Origin: Pseudobdellovibrionaceae bacterium
GTDB lineage: Bacteria; Bdellovibrionota_B; Oligoflexia; Oligoflexales; Bog-1112
Direction of reading: 5' to 3'
NCBI GenBank assembly: GCA_002711925.1
Contig: PASJ01000027.1
Coordinates: forward strand, 5,372-69,371
DNA: 64,000 nucleotides
Part shown: positions 10,309 through 19,519 of the stretch, in pieces
Layout: every line of letters starts with the position of its first letter
Numbering within the stretch: the first letter of the stretch is position 1
Notes under the pieces: generated by a model
What the model was told of the DNA's origin: nothing
Database searches by the model: none
What the model saw: the letters and a program-made list of their open reading frames with translations, nothing else
Translations under genes and position numbers: made by a program

Positions 10309-11097
10309 TTATTCTATTTGATTCATTTCATCACTATCGTATTCAACAAGACCATTTAGAATCTCAACGGTTCCTCTGTATGCTTTTGTTATGACTGAAT
10401 AAGGTTTTTGATCCTGATCTATTTCGACTTCATCTTTACGATAATGAATATGAATAAGTGCTTTTTCTATGTAACCAGACGGCAGAAGATAAATATAGGC
10501 TCGATTATCTTCTTCAACACTTTCAAGAACAACAGGCTCCATGTGATGTTCAGCTTGGATAGATGTTATGATAAGAAGATCTGTTAACTGGCGGCCCTGC
10601 CACTCTAAAGAAACAACTTTATTCCATTTGATTGGCATTAACTTTTCTTTGGCTCTCAGAAGCGGTGATACTGGTAATATTTCATCTTCACTTAAAGGAT
10701 CAGTAAAAGTTTCACCGGCAAGATCTTCATATTCTTTAAACTTTTCATCGAATAAAACTTGTTCCTCTTCTTGCTGCTCTTGTGTTAAATCCTTTTCGGA
10801 CTTTTGATCACCCATGTAAAAATGATCAGAATCTGTACTTTCTAACCAGTATTCTCCAGAAACTAAATCAAAAACAAGTCTGTGAGGCTTAGCATTCAAA
10901 ACTGTTAAATCAAAAGCAGCACGGACGTCACTACTAAGTCGCGCTAGAGAGTCTGCAATCTGAGTTTGAGTCTGAATACCAAGATTGGGAAGGGCGATGG
11001 AGTAAACACCAGCAATCAGGGCAATAACAATAATTATTTCGATGAGGGTAAAAGCAGATTGCCTTTCTACAAAAATTTTTTTGTTACGGCAAGTCAT
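10309..11097 (-). CDS. gspH: T2SS minor pseudopilin (GspH position)
   Basis: Prepilin-type N-terminus VERQSA/FTLIEIIIVIALIAGV. It is the first gene after the major pseudopilin. Confidence 0.55.
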   Translation of the reverse strand: MTCRNKKIFVERQSAFTLIEIIIVIALIAGVYSIALPNLGIQTQTQIADSLARLSSDVRAAFDLTVLNAKPHRLVFDLVSGEYWLESTDSDHFYMGDQKSEKDLTQEQQEEEQVLFDEKFKEYEDLAGETFTDPLSEDEILPVSPLLRAKEKLMPIKWNKVVSLEWQGRQLTDLLIITSIQAEHHMEPVVLESVEEDNRAYIYLLPSGYIEKALIHIHYRKDEVEIDQDQKPYSVITKAYRGTVEILNGLVEYDSDEMNQIE

Positions 11098-11121
11098 GAA
11101 AACACCTTACAATCAAAATAA

Positions 11122-11142
11122 AGTTTCAATTATTTAGAAACT
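11122..11142 (-). terminator. weak hairpin plus U-run between gspG and gspH (possible attenuator)
   Basis: On the minus strand the sequence reads AGTTTC-taaataatt-GAAACT, followed by TTATTTTGATT. The stem is AT-rich with only 2 GC pairs. Confidence 0.25.
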
Positions 11143-11217
11143 GAAAATGCTTTCTTTCTAGAAAGTACTCTATAGAACCAATTCACTTTAGTCGTTCTTC
11201 TCCTTGTAAAAAAAATC

Positions 11218-11682
11218 TTACTCAGTCTTTTCAGGATAAAAAATATCTAAGTCCGTCCCAAGCTCGCCATCTTTACCAGGAGATGTCAGTTGGTAATTTC
11301 TACCGTCGGATTGATACTCTACGTCGTTTCCCCAAGCATCAACCAACTTACTTTTTTCAATGTAAGGGCCTCTCCACCTTTTTGTTCCACCTGGATCGGC
11401 AACTAAAGAGTTGATACCTTGCTGAGTTGTTGGGTATTTTCCATTATGTACTTTATAAAGTTGAAGTGCTTGAGAAATATTGCCTAACTGAATCCTAGTT
11501 TGATCTTCATAAGCACCATCTGCTTGATCAGTTACGTTTCTAATTAGAATTGTCATTAAAGACCCAATAATAGCTATAACGATGATAATTTCAATAAGGG
11601 TCATACCTTTTCTTTGACCAGAGTTAAATGGTCTATTCACAAACTTACTTAATTTTAAAAACAAACGATTTAAGATTTGCAT
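11218..11682 (-). CDS. gspG: T2SS major pseudopilin GspG
   Basis: Prepilin motif QRKG/MTLIEIIIVIAIIGSLMTI. GspG-type body: LQLYKVHNGKYPTTQQGINSLV...RWRGPYIEK...DAWGN...Y.SPGKDGELGT.DI. A GGAG Shine-Dalgarno lies 5 nt before the ATG. Confidence 0.9.
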   Translation of the reverse strand: MQILNRLFLKLSKFVNRPFNSGQRKGMTLIEIIIVIAIIGSLMTILIRNVTDQADGAYEDQTRIQLGNISQALQLYKVHNGKYPTTQQGINSLVADPGGTKRWRGPYIEKSKLVDAWGNDVEYQSDGRNYQLTSPGKDGELGTDLDIFYPEKTE

Positions 11683-11712
11683 AAATTCTCCAAAGTTTAA
11701 GACAAAATTATT

Positions 11713-12933
11713 TTATCTCATCTGACTCATTATGGAAAGCATAGGTACAAGCATAGCAACAACAACGAGCACGACAACCCCCCCCATAAAAATAATCATC
11801 AAAGGTTCAATAAGTGATATCATAGATTCAATCTTTCTTTCAACTTCTGCATCATAAGCATTTGCCACATGCTGTAACATTTTTTCTAATTCCCCTGTTT
11901 TTTCCCCTGTTTTAATCATATGACTTACCAAAGCAGGGAATTGGCCACTTTTTTCAATGACACCGCCAAGACTTTCTCCTTCTTGAACGGCTTGTTTTGA
12001 ATTCATAACTACATTAGAAATTACCGTATTTGAAATCACGTTTTTTGTTATTTCAAGAGCAGGTATAATTGGAACCCCTGAGCCAAGAAGAGTCGAAAGA
12101 GTCTTCGTAAATTTAGAAATATTGACCCTCATAATGATAGAGCCAAACATTGGAACAACTAAAGAAAACCGATCAAAAGTTGCTCGCCCAGACTCAGATT
12201 CATACCAGTATTTAAATAGTACAAAGCACCCACCTATTGCAGCAATAACCAGATACCATTGATGCTGAAGAAACTCTGAAACAGAAATTAAAAACTTAGT
12301 ATACCAAGGCAAAGTAATCTTTAGACTCGTAAAAACTTTTTGTAACTTTGGTACAACGCTAACAAATAGATATACAATTATGCCCAATGAAGCAGTTATC
12401 ATCAAACCAGGATATGAGAGTGCACTGAATATTTTACCTTTGATAGCTACTTGATACTCTTGAAAATCTGCAAGACTTTCAAGTACCAAACCAAGATTTC
12501 CTGCTGTTTCTCCAGCTTTCACCATGTTGACATAGAGCCTATCAAAAACTCCAGGAAAATCGGCAAGAGAATCGCCAAGAGATTTCCCTTCAGAAACAGA
12601 CTCCTTTACCGCTGCTAAGGTATTTCTTAAAACTAAATGATCCACTTGTTCAGTCAAAGCCTTCAAGCATTCATCAAGCGGAACTTGAGCAACCTGCAAA
12701 GTTGCAAACTGCTTGGTCATAATTGCAAGATCTTGTAAACTAACCTTACTGGCAAAAAGTGAGCTTGAAGACTTAGACTTTTGGACACTCAATTCCTCTT
12801 TCAACTCTGATGGAATTATCTTTTCTTTGGAGCGAAGCTTTTGACGAGCTGCTTTAGGAGATTCAGCTTCAAGCTTCCCTTTACGAGAAGCTCCAGTTTT
12901 TGAATCATATCCCTTATATAAATAAATAGGCAA
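11713..12933 (-). CDS. gspF: T2SS inner-membrane platform protein GspF
   Basis: About 400 aa with the duplicated GspF-type architecture (two cytoplasmic helical domains and three TM segments). It ends in PLMIIFMGGVVVLVVVAMLVPM. TTG start preceded by GGGAG. Confidence 0.9.
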   Translation of the reverse strand: MPIYLYKGYDSKTGASRKGKLEAESPKAARQKLRSKEKIIPSELKEELSVQKSKSSSSLFASKVSLQDLAIMTKQFATLQVAQVPLDECLKALTEQVDHLVLRNTLAAVKESVSEGKSLGDSLADFPGVFDRLYVNMVKAGETAGNLGLVLESLADFQEYQVAIKGKIFSALSYPGLMITASLGIIVYLFVSVVPKLQKVFTSLKITLPWYTKFLISVSEFLQHQWYLVIAAIGGCFVLFKYWYESESGRATFDRFSLVVPMFGSIIMRVNISKFTKTLSTLLGSGVPIIPALEITKNVISNTVISNVVMNSKQAVQEGESLGGVIEKSGQFPALVSHMIKTGEKTGELEKMLQHVANAYDAEVERKIESMISLIEPLMIIFMGGVVVLVVVAMLVPMLSIMSQMR

Positions 12934-12962
12934 AGGTTTTTACTCCCAAAAGATATGTAAAA

Positions 12963-14747
12963 TTACATTTCAAGATCTTCAGTTTGTGTTGTAGAGATAG
13001 CTTCTTCTATTGAAGTTATCCCTTCAAGAACTTTTCTTACAGCTGAAATGCGTAATGTTTTCATCCCATTTTTTAGTGCTAATTTTCTGATTGCAGAAGA
13101 ATCTTGAGTTGTCATGAGAAGTTCTCTAAGAGGATCATCAAGAACAAGAAGCTCATGAATTGGAGTTCTTCCACTATAGCCACTTTGAAAGCAGTGCTCA
13201 CAACCTGATCCTACTTTATATATTTTTTTACCTTTTATATCTTTTGGTGTAATCTCCATCAACTTCATTTCTTCTTCGGTTGGAGTATGCTCTTCCTTAC
13301 ATTGCTCACACAAGCGCCTTATTAACCTGGTAGCCATTACACCTAAAAGTGCTGAAGCTATTTGAAACGGCTCTATATCCAAATCATCAAGTCGAGTAAT
13401 TGTTGAAGCAGCATCGTTTGTATGCAGTGTTGAGAAAACTAAATGACCAGTTAAAGATGACTCTACTGCGATTTTAGCTGTTTCATTATCACGAATTTCA
13501 CCAATCATTATAACATCTGGGTCTTGACGAAGGATGGATCTAAGCGCAGCTGAAAATGTTAGACCAATTTTAGATTTAACATCAATTTGACCTAAACCGG
13601 CCAAAGTATATTCAACTGGATCTTCAACTGTCATTATATTAATATCGGGTTCATTAATATGAAGAACTGATGCATAAAGTAATGAAGACTTACCTGATCC
13701 TGTCGGTCCTGTTACCAAAACAATACCATGCTTTTGTTGTACCAACGCTGTCCACGCTCGATATGTCCAATCGTCCATACCCATTTCTTCTAATCGTCTT
13801 ACACCTGCAGACTTGTCTAACAACCTCATAACAACTCTTTCGCCATGAGATGTTGGAAGAATTGAAAGACGAACATCAATATCTTTGCCTGCAACCTTGA
13901 TACTGATACGACCATCTTGTGGAATTCTTTTTTCTGCAATATTAAGCTTACCAATAATTTTTATACGAGAAACAACAGCACCCACATGTCGTTTAGGTAC
14001 TTGCATAGCTTCATGTAATGTCCCATCGATACGAAATCTTACAATAACTTCGGTTTCAAAAGGTTCAATGTGGACATCTGAAACTCTTTCTTTTACCGCT
14101 CGAGCTAAGAGGCTATTTACAAGTCTGATAATAGGTTTATCGTCATTTGATGCTTCAAGTAAATCCTTAGCTTCTTCTAGGTCTTCAGAAGAATCTATAT
14201 CTGATACATTTAAAGCATCTATTGCTTTTTGAGATGCATCTTGAGCTCTTTCATACACACGATTAATTGTGTTATTAATTACGTTTGGTGTACTTACAAC
14301 CATATTTATATTTGCAGATAAAATTAACCGCAAATCATCCATAGGAAAGATATTTAAAGGATCAGCAACAGCTACTGTAATATTGAAGGAATCTCTTGCA
14401 ATAGGTAGAATTAAATGATCTCTACAAAATTGAATAGGAATATTTTCAACCAATTCTGGGTCAATTTCAGCAACAGGTAAACGATCATAATATGGTAAAT
14501 CAAGCTGAATAGCCAAAGATTTTAACATTTCATCTTCGGTAACATACTCTTTTTCAACTAAAATATCACCTAATCTTTTACCATAGCTAGTTTTTTGAGC
14601 TTGCAATGCGTCATCTAATTGGTCTTGCGTAATCGTACCTGTTTTGATTAAGACTTCACCAAGAGGCTTTTTTTGCAAATCACGAAATGGACGTTGCCCT
14701 GGAGTCACATTTTTTAAATTTGATATACTTTTGTCTTCTTCACTCAT
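12963..14747 (-). CDS. gspE: T2SS ATPase GspE with an MshEN-type N-terminal domain
   Basis: Walker A VTGPTGSGKSS, the Asp box, Walker B DPDVIMIGEIRD and the His box SLTGHLVFSTLHTN are all present. The tetracysteine cluster reads CEQC...CEHC. The N-terminus carries LGEVLIKTGTITQDQLDDALQAQ and RLGDILVEKEYVTEDEMLKSLAIQ. Confidence 0.95.
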   Translation of the reverse strand: MSEEDKSISNLKNVTPGQRPFRDLQKKPLGEVLIKTGTITQDQLDDALQAQKTSYGKRLGDILVEKEYVTEDEMLKSLAIQLDLPYYDRLPVAEIDPELVENIPIQFCRDHLILPIARDSFNITVAVADPLNIFPMDDLRLILSANINMVVSTPNVINNTINRVYERAQDASQKAIDALNVSDIDSSEDLEEAKDLLEASNDDKPIIRLVNSLLARAVKERVSDVHIEPFETEVIVRFRIDGTLHEAMQVPKRHVGAVVSRIKIIGKLNIAEKRIPQDGRISIKVAGKDIDVRLSILPTSHGERVVMRLLDKSAGVRRLEEMGMDDWTYRAWTALVQQKHGIVLVTGPTGSGKSSLLYASVLHINEPDINIMTVEDPVEYTLAGLGQIDVKSKIGLTFSAALRSILRQDPDVIMIGEIRDNETAKIAVESSLTGHLVFSTLHTNDAASTITRLDDLDIEPFQIASALLGVMATRLIRRLCEQCKEEHTPTEEEMKLMEITPKDIKGKKIYKVGSGCEHCFQSGYSGRTPIHELLVLDDPLRELLMTTQDSSAIRKLALKNGMKTLRISAVRKVLEGITSIEEAISTTQTEDLEM

Positions 14748-14755
14748 AAAAAAAC

Positions 14756-17308
14756 CTATCTGCTAGATTCACTGTCTGATATATTATCAAAGCTTTTTAA
14801 AAGATTTTCAGTATCAAGGCTTAATCTACTTTCATCAGAGACAAAAGGTACCGTGATTTCTTTTTCTTTTGTCTCACTTGATTTTTCATAGGAATCAACC
14901 ATTGCCGATGTATAACCCATTTCAATATATGCGTCTCTTCTGATCTGCTCTAGGTGACTATTCTCTTTCTTATCAATTTCATCTGGCTTGTATTTACCAT
15001 CTTCTAACTGAGGAATACTCTTAAAATAATTATCGTCACGGTACCCGCTTCCAAACACTTTGTTCATAAACTCATCACGCTCTTTGATCTTAGCAGCATA
15101 AATAGCAGCTAAATCACCAGCCCCGTGAATAACATGAGGAGTTATAAATATGACAAGATTACTTTTAGACCCGGAAAGCATTCGATTACTGAAAAGCCAA
15201 CCTAGAATTGGAATATCACCAAGAAGAGGGATCTTTTTGATGCTTTCTATATTATTTGACTTCATGAGTCCTGAAATAACAACTGTTTGACTATTCTTTA
15301 CTGTAACAAGTTGCTTGCTTTTTCTTTTGGCAACTTGAGGAAGATTTTGAGAAATTCCTTTTACAAAGTTAGACTCGAGCTGAACATTTAATGTAATATA
15401 ATTAGAATAACTAATGTTCGGTTTAATTGTTAAGGTTAAATCAACATCTTCTTTCTGGACTGATTTAGCAACACTTCCTGTCGTTGAGGTAGTTTCAGTT
15501 GTGTAAAAAACTTTTTCACCGACAGAAATAGTAGCTTCTTCATTGTTAGAAGTTAAAATTTGCGGAGAAGATAAAATTTTAGAATTTCCATCATTTTTAA
15601 TTAAATTAATAAGCATCCCTGGACTAAAAGTACCAAATCCTTCTAATTCAACTGATTGTCCCGCTAAGATTCCAAGAACAAAATCTTGAGAAAATGAATT
15701 AGCAACACCTTGAAGAGTTGTTATAGATGTTGCTGCTGTTTGACCCTGTTGGGCTTGAGCAAGAATAAGATCTTTCATTTTTGCACCTTCCCAGCCAAGT
15801 AAAGCTTTATTTGCACTACTTCCTCTATCTGAAGTAAGTGCTCCTGCAAAAATAGAAATACCCGAATTAAAATCGTTTTGTTCACTTATATCAATAATAT
15901 CTGCTTCCACATATACTTGACTTCTTCTTATATCAAGTTTTCTAACAATAATATTTAAAGCTTCATAAGCAGCTCGACTACCAGTGATAATTAGTGAGTT
16001 GGTAGCTTCATCCGAAGTTATTTTTACTCCATCACCAAGATCTGAAATCGAAGGAGCTCCACCTGTATTTGTTGAAGATGCTTTTGACCCTCGAGAAGAA
16101 TTCTTATTTTTACCACTTGTTAATGACGAAAGAGTGGTTGCTATTTTTTTAGCATCAGCGTAGTCTAACGGTCTGACGTGTATTGAAGCCTGACTTCTAG
16201 GGTCATCAATAGGCATATCGAACATATTAACAAGCTCTTTAACATCTTTTATTGTTCGCGGAGGACCGAAAATTATGATTGAATTTGTTCTTTCATCTGT
16301 TAGAACTTTAAATGTGTGATATGAAGTACTTTTCTTAGATCCAGAGCCTTTCAAAATTTCTTTTACTTTGGTGGCAACATCTTTAGGATCAGAGTGCTTT
16401 ATTGGTACTATCATAACTTTAGGCTGTTGAGTTTGAACATCGATCATGTCAAGTACATCGAGAACTCTTTTAATTTGATAACCTGTATCAGAGATAATAA
16501 GTGTATTTGTTGGTTCGTAGGCAATTATTGATCCTGGTGAAACAATTTTCGATAATGTTGTTGTCACCTCTTTGGCATCAACATACTTTAATGGTATAAT
16601 TTGGGAAATAATTTCATCGGTTCGTAAAGTCCAATTTGATCCGTAGAAAGTTCGTAAGTTTGCCTTTGTTGCGCTTCTTAATTTCATTATCTTTATAACT
16701 TTTCCAGTTTCCACTGTTGTTAAACCAAGCATGTTTAATGCAGACAAGAATGCTTGGTATGCTTCTTCTTTTGTTACTTTTTTAGGAGATATTATTTGAA
16801 TTTTTCCAGTAACGTTTCTGTCGAGGATAACATTTCTACCAGTCCATAAAGAAACTGCTTTTATTATGTCTTTGATGTCAGTTAACTCAGGAAAATCCAT
16901 ATTGACCAGTTCAACTCCAGGGTCTATGAGATCAGCTCCTTTCCCTGATTTCCTCGGTTTTTCTCCTTCATCACTATCGCTAAGATAAGAAATTTCTGAT
17001 TCCTCGTTACTTTTTTCTAAGATTTTTTTCACTTTTGCTTGAGCAATTAAAGTATCTTTTAGTTGTAACTGGTTTTCTTGTTGAGTTATTTTATTATTAT
17101 CTATATCTTGAAGCTTTTTCTCGTCATTTAATTTAATCTTATTTAAAGCTTTTTTTAATACGTCAGGGTCAAGTTGATTTTTTCCACCTTCAGGATCTTT
17201 TTTTTCCATAGTATTCTCTAAAATAGGATTCGAAGAGTTACTTTGAGAAAAACCTGATGTTGTCACAGAAAAAAATATAGCAAGAAAAAATATTAAATTA
17301 ATTTTCAT
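14756..17308 (-). CDS. gspD: T2SS secretin GspD, long paralog (D2)
   Basis: Signal peptide MKINLIFFLAIFFSVTTSGFS (ATG at 17308; the ORF-track GTG at 17341 is less likely). N0-like block IKAVSLWTGRNVILD...AYQAFLSALNMLGLTTVE. Secretin core ...KIPLLGDIPILGWLFS...VIFITPHVI. It also has a charged N-terminal linker and an acidic C-terminal tail. Confidence 0.9.
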   Translation of the reverse strand: MKINLIFFLAIFFSVTTSGFSQSNSSNPILENTMEKKDPEGGKNQLDPDVLKKALNKIKLNDEKKLQDIDNNKITQQENQLQLKDTLIAQAKVKKILEKSNEESEISYLSDSDEGEKPRKSGKGADLIDPGVELVNMDFPELTDIKDIIKAVSLWTGRNVILDRNVTGKIQIISPKKVTKEEAYQAFLSALNMLGLTTVETGKVIKIMKLRSATKANLRTFYGSNWTLRTDEIISQIIPLKYVDAKEVTTTLSKIVSPGSIIAYEPTNTLIISDTGYQIKRVLDVLDMIDVQTQQPKVMIVPIKHSDPKDVATKVKEILKGSGSKKSTSYHTFKVLTDERTNSIIIFGPPRTIKDVKELVNMFDMPIDDPRSQASIHVRPLDYADAKKIATTLSSLTSGKNKNSSRGSKASSTNTGGAPSISDLGDGVKITSDEATNSLIITGSRAAYEALNIIVRKLDIRRSQVYVEADIIDISEQNDFNSGISIFAGALTSDRGSSANKALLGWEGAKMKDLILAQAQQGQTAATSITTLQGVANSFSQDFVLGILAGQSVELEGFGTFSPGMLINLIKNDGNSKILSSPQILTSNNEEATISVGEKVFYTTETTSTTGSVAKSVQKEDVDLTLTIKPNISYSNYITLNVQLESNFVKGISQNLPQVAKRKSKQLVTVKNSQTVVISGLMKSNNIESIKKIPLLGDIPILGWLFSNRMLSGSKSNLVIFITPHVIHGAGDLAAIYAAKIKERDEFMNKVFGSGYRDDNYFKSIPQLEDGKYKPDEIDKKENSHLEQIRRDAYIEMGYTSAMVDSYEKSSETKEKEITVPFVSDESRLSLDTENLLKSFDNISDSESSR

Positions 17309-17544
17309 AAACCCACCAACCTTTTCGAGGAAAAAATTCACAATTTAGCTTTTGGTAAATGTGCAAAAAATAAAAATTTTATGCGATTTAAGTTTGCAAA
17401 ACACACTTTCACTCCACCACCTGAAAACAGACTATAAGAACTAGCCCTTTCCTTCACCGTAGCATCTACCATCTTTATCATCTACAAGACAAGAGGCATT
17501 ATATGTAAGATACTATTATTAATGCAATAAATAAAGTGTTAGTG

Positions 17545-19503
17545 CTAATGACTTTTCAAAAAGTGGGAAAAAAATTCATCTTTAGAGGCTCCACTTCTTT
17601 GTAGCTCTAAGAAACTTTTATTTGTAATTTCTGATAGATCATTTTGTCCGTAAATAATATGAGGCGTAATAAAGAAGAGTAAGCGAGTGTTATCAAGATC
17701 TTTTTTTAATGTCTTAAAGAAATAACCAAGAATAGGCAAGTCACCCAAAATCGGCACTTTATTTTGATGTCTAAAATCACTAAAGTTAGAATATCCTGAC
17801 ACAAAAACTGTTTGTCCAGAGTAGGTATTAATCTTTTGTTTTATTTTTCTTTTAGCCACACGTGGGTATCCATCCTCACTTAAACCGACGATTGATGTTA
17901 GGTTTAATTCAAGATCAATATCAAGCTCATTATCTTTTGTTATGTGTGGCGTTAGTAATACTGATATCTCAGAAGATTCTTTTTCAACTTTTTTACTAAC
18001 TGCCCCTGTAGAACTGATACTTTCTGTAAGGAAGGCATAGGTATCACCTGAACTGAATGAAGTTTCAACCCTATCAGAAGATATTATATATGGCTCTGAC
18101 ACAATACGAGAATTAGAGTCATTCTTTATAAGTTTTAATAGCTGTGTCGGACGAAATTTTCCTAAGCCACTAATTTCAGCATTGCCGGAAAAAACCCCAA
18201 AAACAAAATCTTCTGTTAAGGAAGAAGGAAGTTGTGGGACAACTGTATTAGTATTACTTTGAGCTTGTTGAACAATAATAGGAGCTACACTGCCACCTTG
18301 CCAACCTGAAATTATTTTAGCATCGTCATTTATTTCTTTACCCAGCCCAATTTGAGATGCTGAAAATTGAAAAGAAGAACCTGAGACTATTTCAAGTACG
18401 GAAACTTTAAAATGAACTTGAGCTCTTTTTTTATCAATTCGATTTAAAAGTTTATCAAATAATTTTAAATTTTTTTCGTACCCTTCAACAACAATAGCAT
18501 TTGAAGCTTCATCAGCAGACATTTTTAACTCAGAGCCAAGCGTGAAAACTTCAGATGAATCACTAAATTCTATACTTGATTTATCTTTTGACTTATCTCT
18601 TAGCTTTTGAAGTGTATTCAAAACATCTTTGGCCTGGAGATAGTTCAACTTATAAACTCTAAATGATGATGAATTGTCAGCATCACTTCTAGTATCAAAA
18701 AAAAGGATCTTTTCCTTTAGATAATCAATATAAGATTTTTTTCCTGCCAAAATTAAAGCATTAAGCTCACTGTCTAGTATTATCTTATTCTCCCCACTAC
18801 TACTAACATTTTTTCCCAAATATTTTTCGAGTTCTAGGCCGTTTATTATTTTATAAAGCTCTTTGGCTAGAATATGTTTCGCAAAGTAAATTTCAACATC
18901 AAAATGTTGATTAGGAACATCAATTTCAGTGAGTATTCTTTCTATCTTTCTTAAATTATAATTTGTATTTGTTATAAGAATAGCGTTGTATTGCTGTAAA
19001 TCAATATATGTTCCCGGATCAAGATAATGAGTCAAAATTTTTAGTAAATCTGATGATTGGATATATTTTAGATATATGATTTTTGCTATAACAGAATCTA
19101 AAAACTCTGACTCTTTTACTTTTAAACTACCAATATTTTTACTTTTCAAGGAAACAATTTTAGTTAACCTACTGGTTTCTATGGTAGTAAAACCTAAAGT
19201 ATTTAAAGCAGAGGTATAAATTTGATAAGCTAAATTTAAAGGTATTTTTTGAGGTACAATAATTTCAACTTTTCCTGAAAACTTTTGATCATAAATTAAA
19301 TTTTTATTTAGTTCAGTAAAAATTCGCTTTGAAATATCTTTTATATCTGAACCTGCTTTATAATTAAAATCAATTAATGACTGACTCGAATCTTGAGGCT
19401 GTCCATGGATATCTAAATTAATACATGAAAAAAAAAATAAAAAAATATACAGCAATTTTAAAGAAAAACAACAAGTCACCCTCTTTTGTAGTATAATGAT
19501 CAC
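17545..19503 (-). CDS. gspD: T2SS secretin GspD, short paralog (D1)
   Basis: Signal peptide ending in FFFSCINLDIHG. N0-like block ISKRIFTELNKNLIYD...AYQIYTSALNTLGFTTIE. Secretin core ...KVPILGDLPILGYFFK...LFFITPHII. Confidence 0.9.
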   Translation of the reverse strand: MIIILQKRVTCCFSLKLLYIFLFFFSCINLDIHGQPQDSSQSLIDFNYKAGSDIKDISKRIFTELNKNLIYDQKFSGKVEIIVPQKIPLNLAYQIYTSALNTLGFTTIETSRLTKIVSLKSKNIGSLKVKESEFLDSVIAKIIYLKYIQSSDLLKILTHYLDPGTYIDLQQYNAILITNTNYNLRKIERILTEIDVPNQHFDVEIYFAKHILAKELYKIINGLELEKYLGKNVSSSGENKIILDSELNALILAGKKSYIDYLKEKILFFDTRSDADNSSSFRVYKLNYLQAKDVLNTLQKLRDKSKDKSSIEFSDSSEVFTLGSELKMSADEASNAIVVEGYEKNLKLFDKLLNRIDKKRAQVHFKVSVLEIVSGSSFQFSASQIGLGKEINDDAKIISGWQGGSVAPIIVQQAQSNTNTVVPQLPSSLTEDFVFGVFSGNAEISGLGKFRPTQLLKLIKNDSNSRIVSEPYIISSDRVETSFSSGDTYAFLTESISSTGAVSKKVEKESSEISVLLTPHITKDNELDIDLELNLTSIVGLSEDGYPRVAKRKIKQKINTYSGQTVFVSGYSNFSDFRHQNKVPILGDLPILGYFFKTLKKDLDNTRLLFFITPHIIYGQNDLSEITNKSFLELQRSGASKDEFFSHFLKSH

Positions 19504-19519
19504 TTAAATAAGATCCCTT

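Noticed and set aside
13885-14232. 115-aa plus-strand ORF inside gspE. Similar short antisense ORFs occur at 545-733, 956-1138, 2165-2350, 5195-5461, 10568-10807, 20070-20372, 21130-21417, 25383-25667, 28363-28638, 28948-29211, 43941-44201, 45318-45632 and 47676-47915, among others.
   Set aside because: All are embedded antisense in well-supported genes and have no recognisable motifs.
17342-17544. Small 46-codon minus-strand ORF in the gap between the two secretin genes, considered as a possible pilotin (GspS-like)
   Set aside because: It has no signal peptide or lipobox and no SD sequence, and the sequence is unremarkable. The gap is better explained as an intergenic or internal-promoter region.
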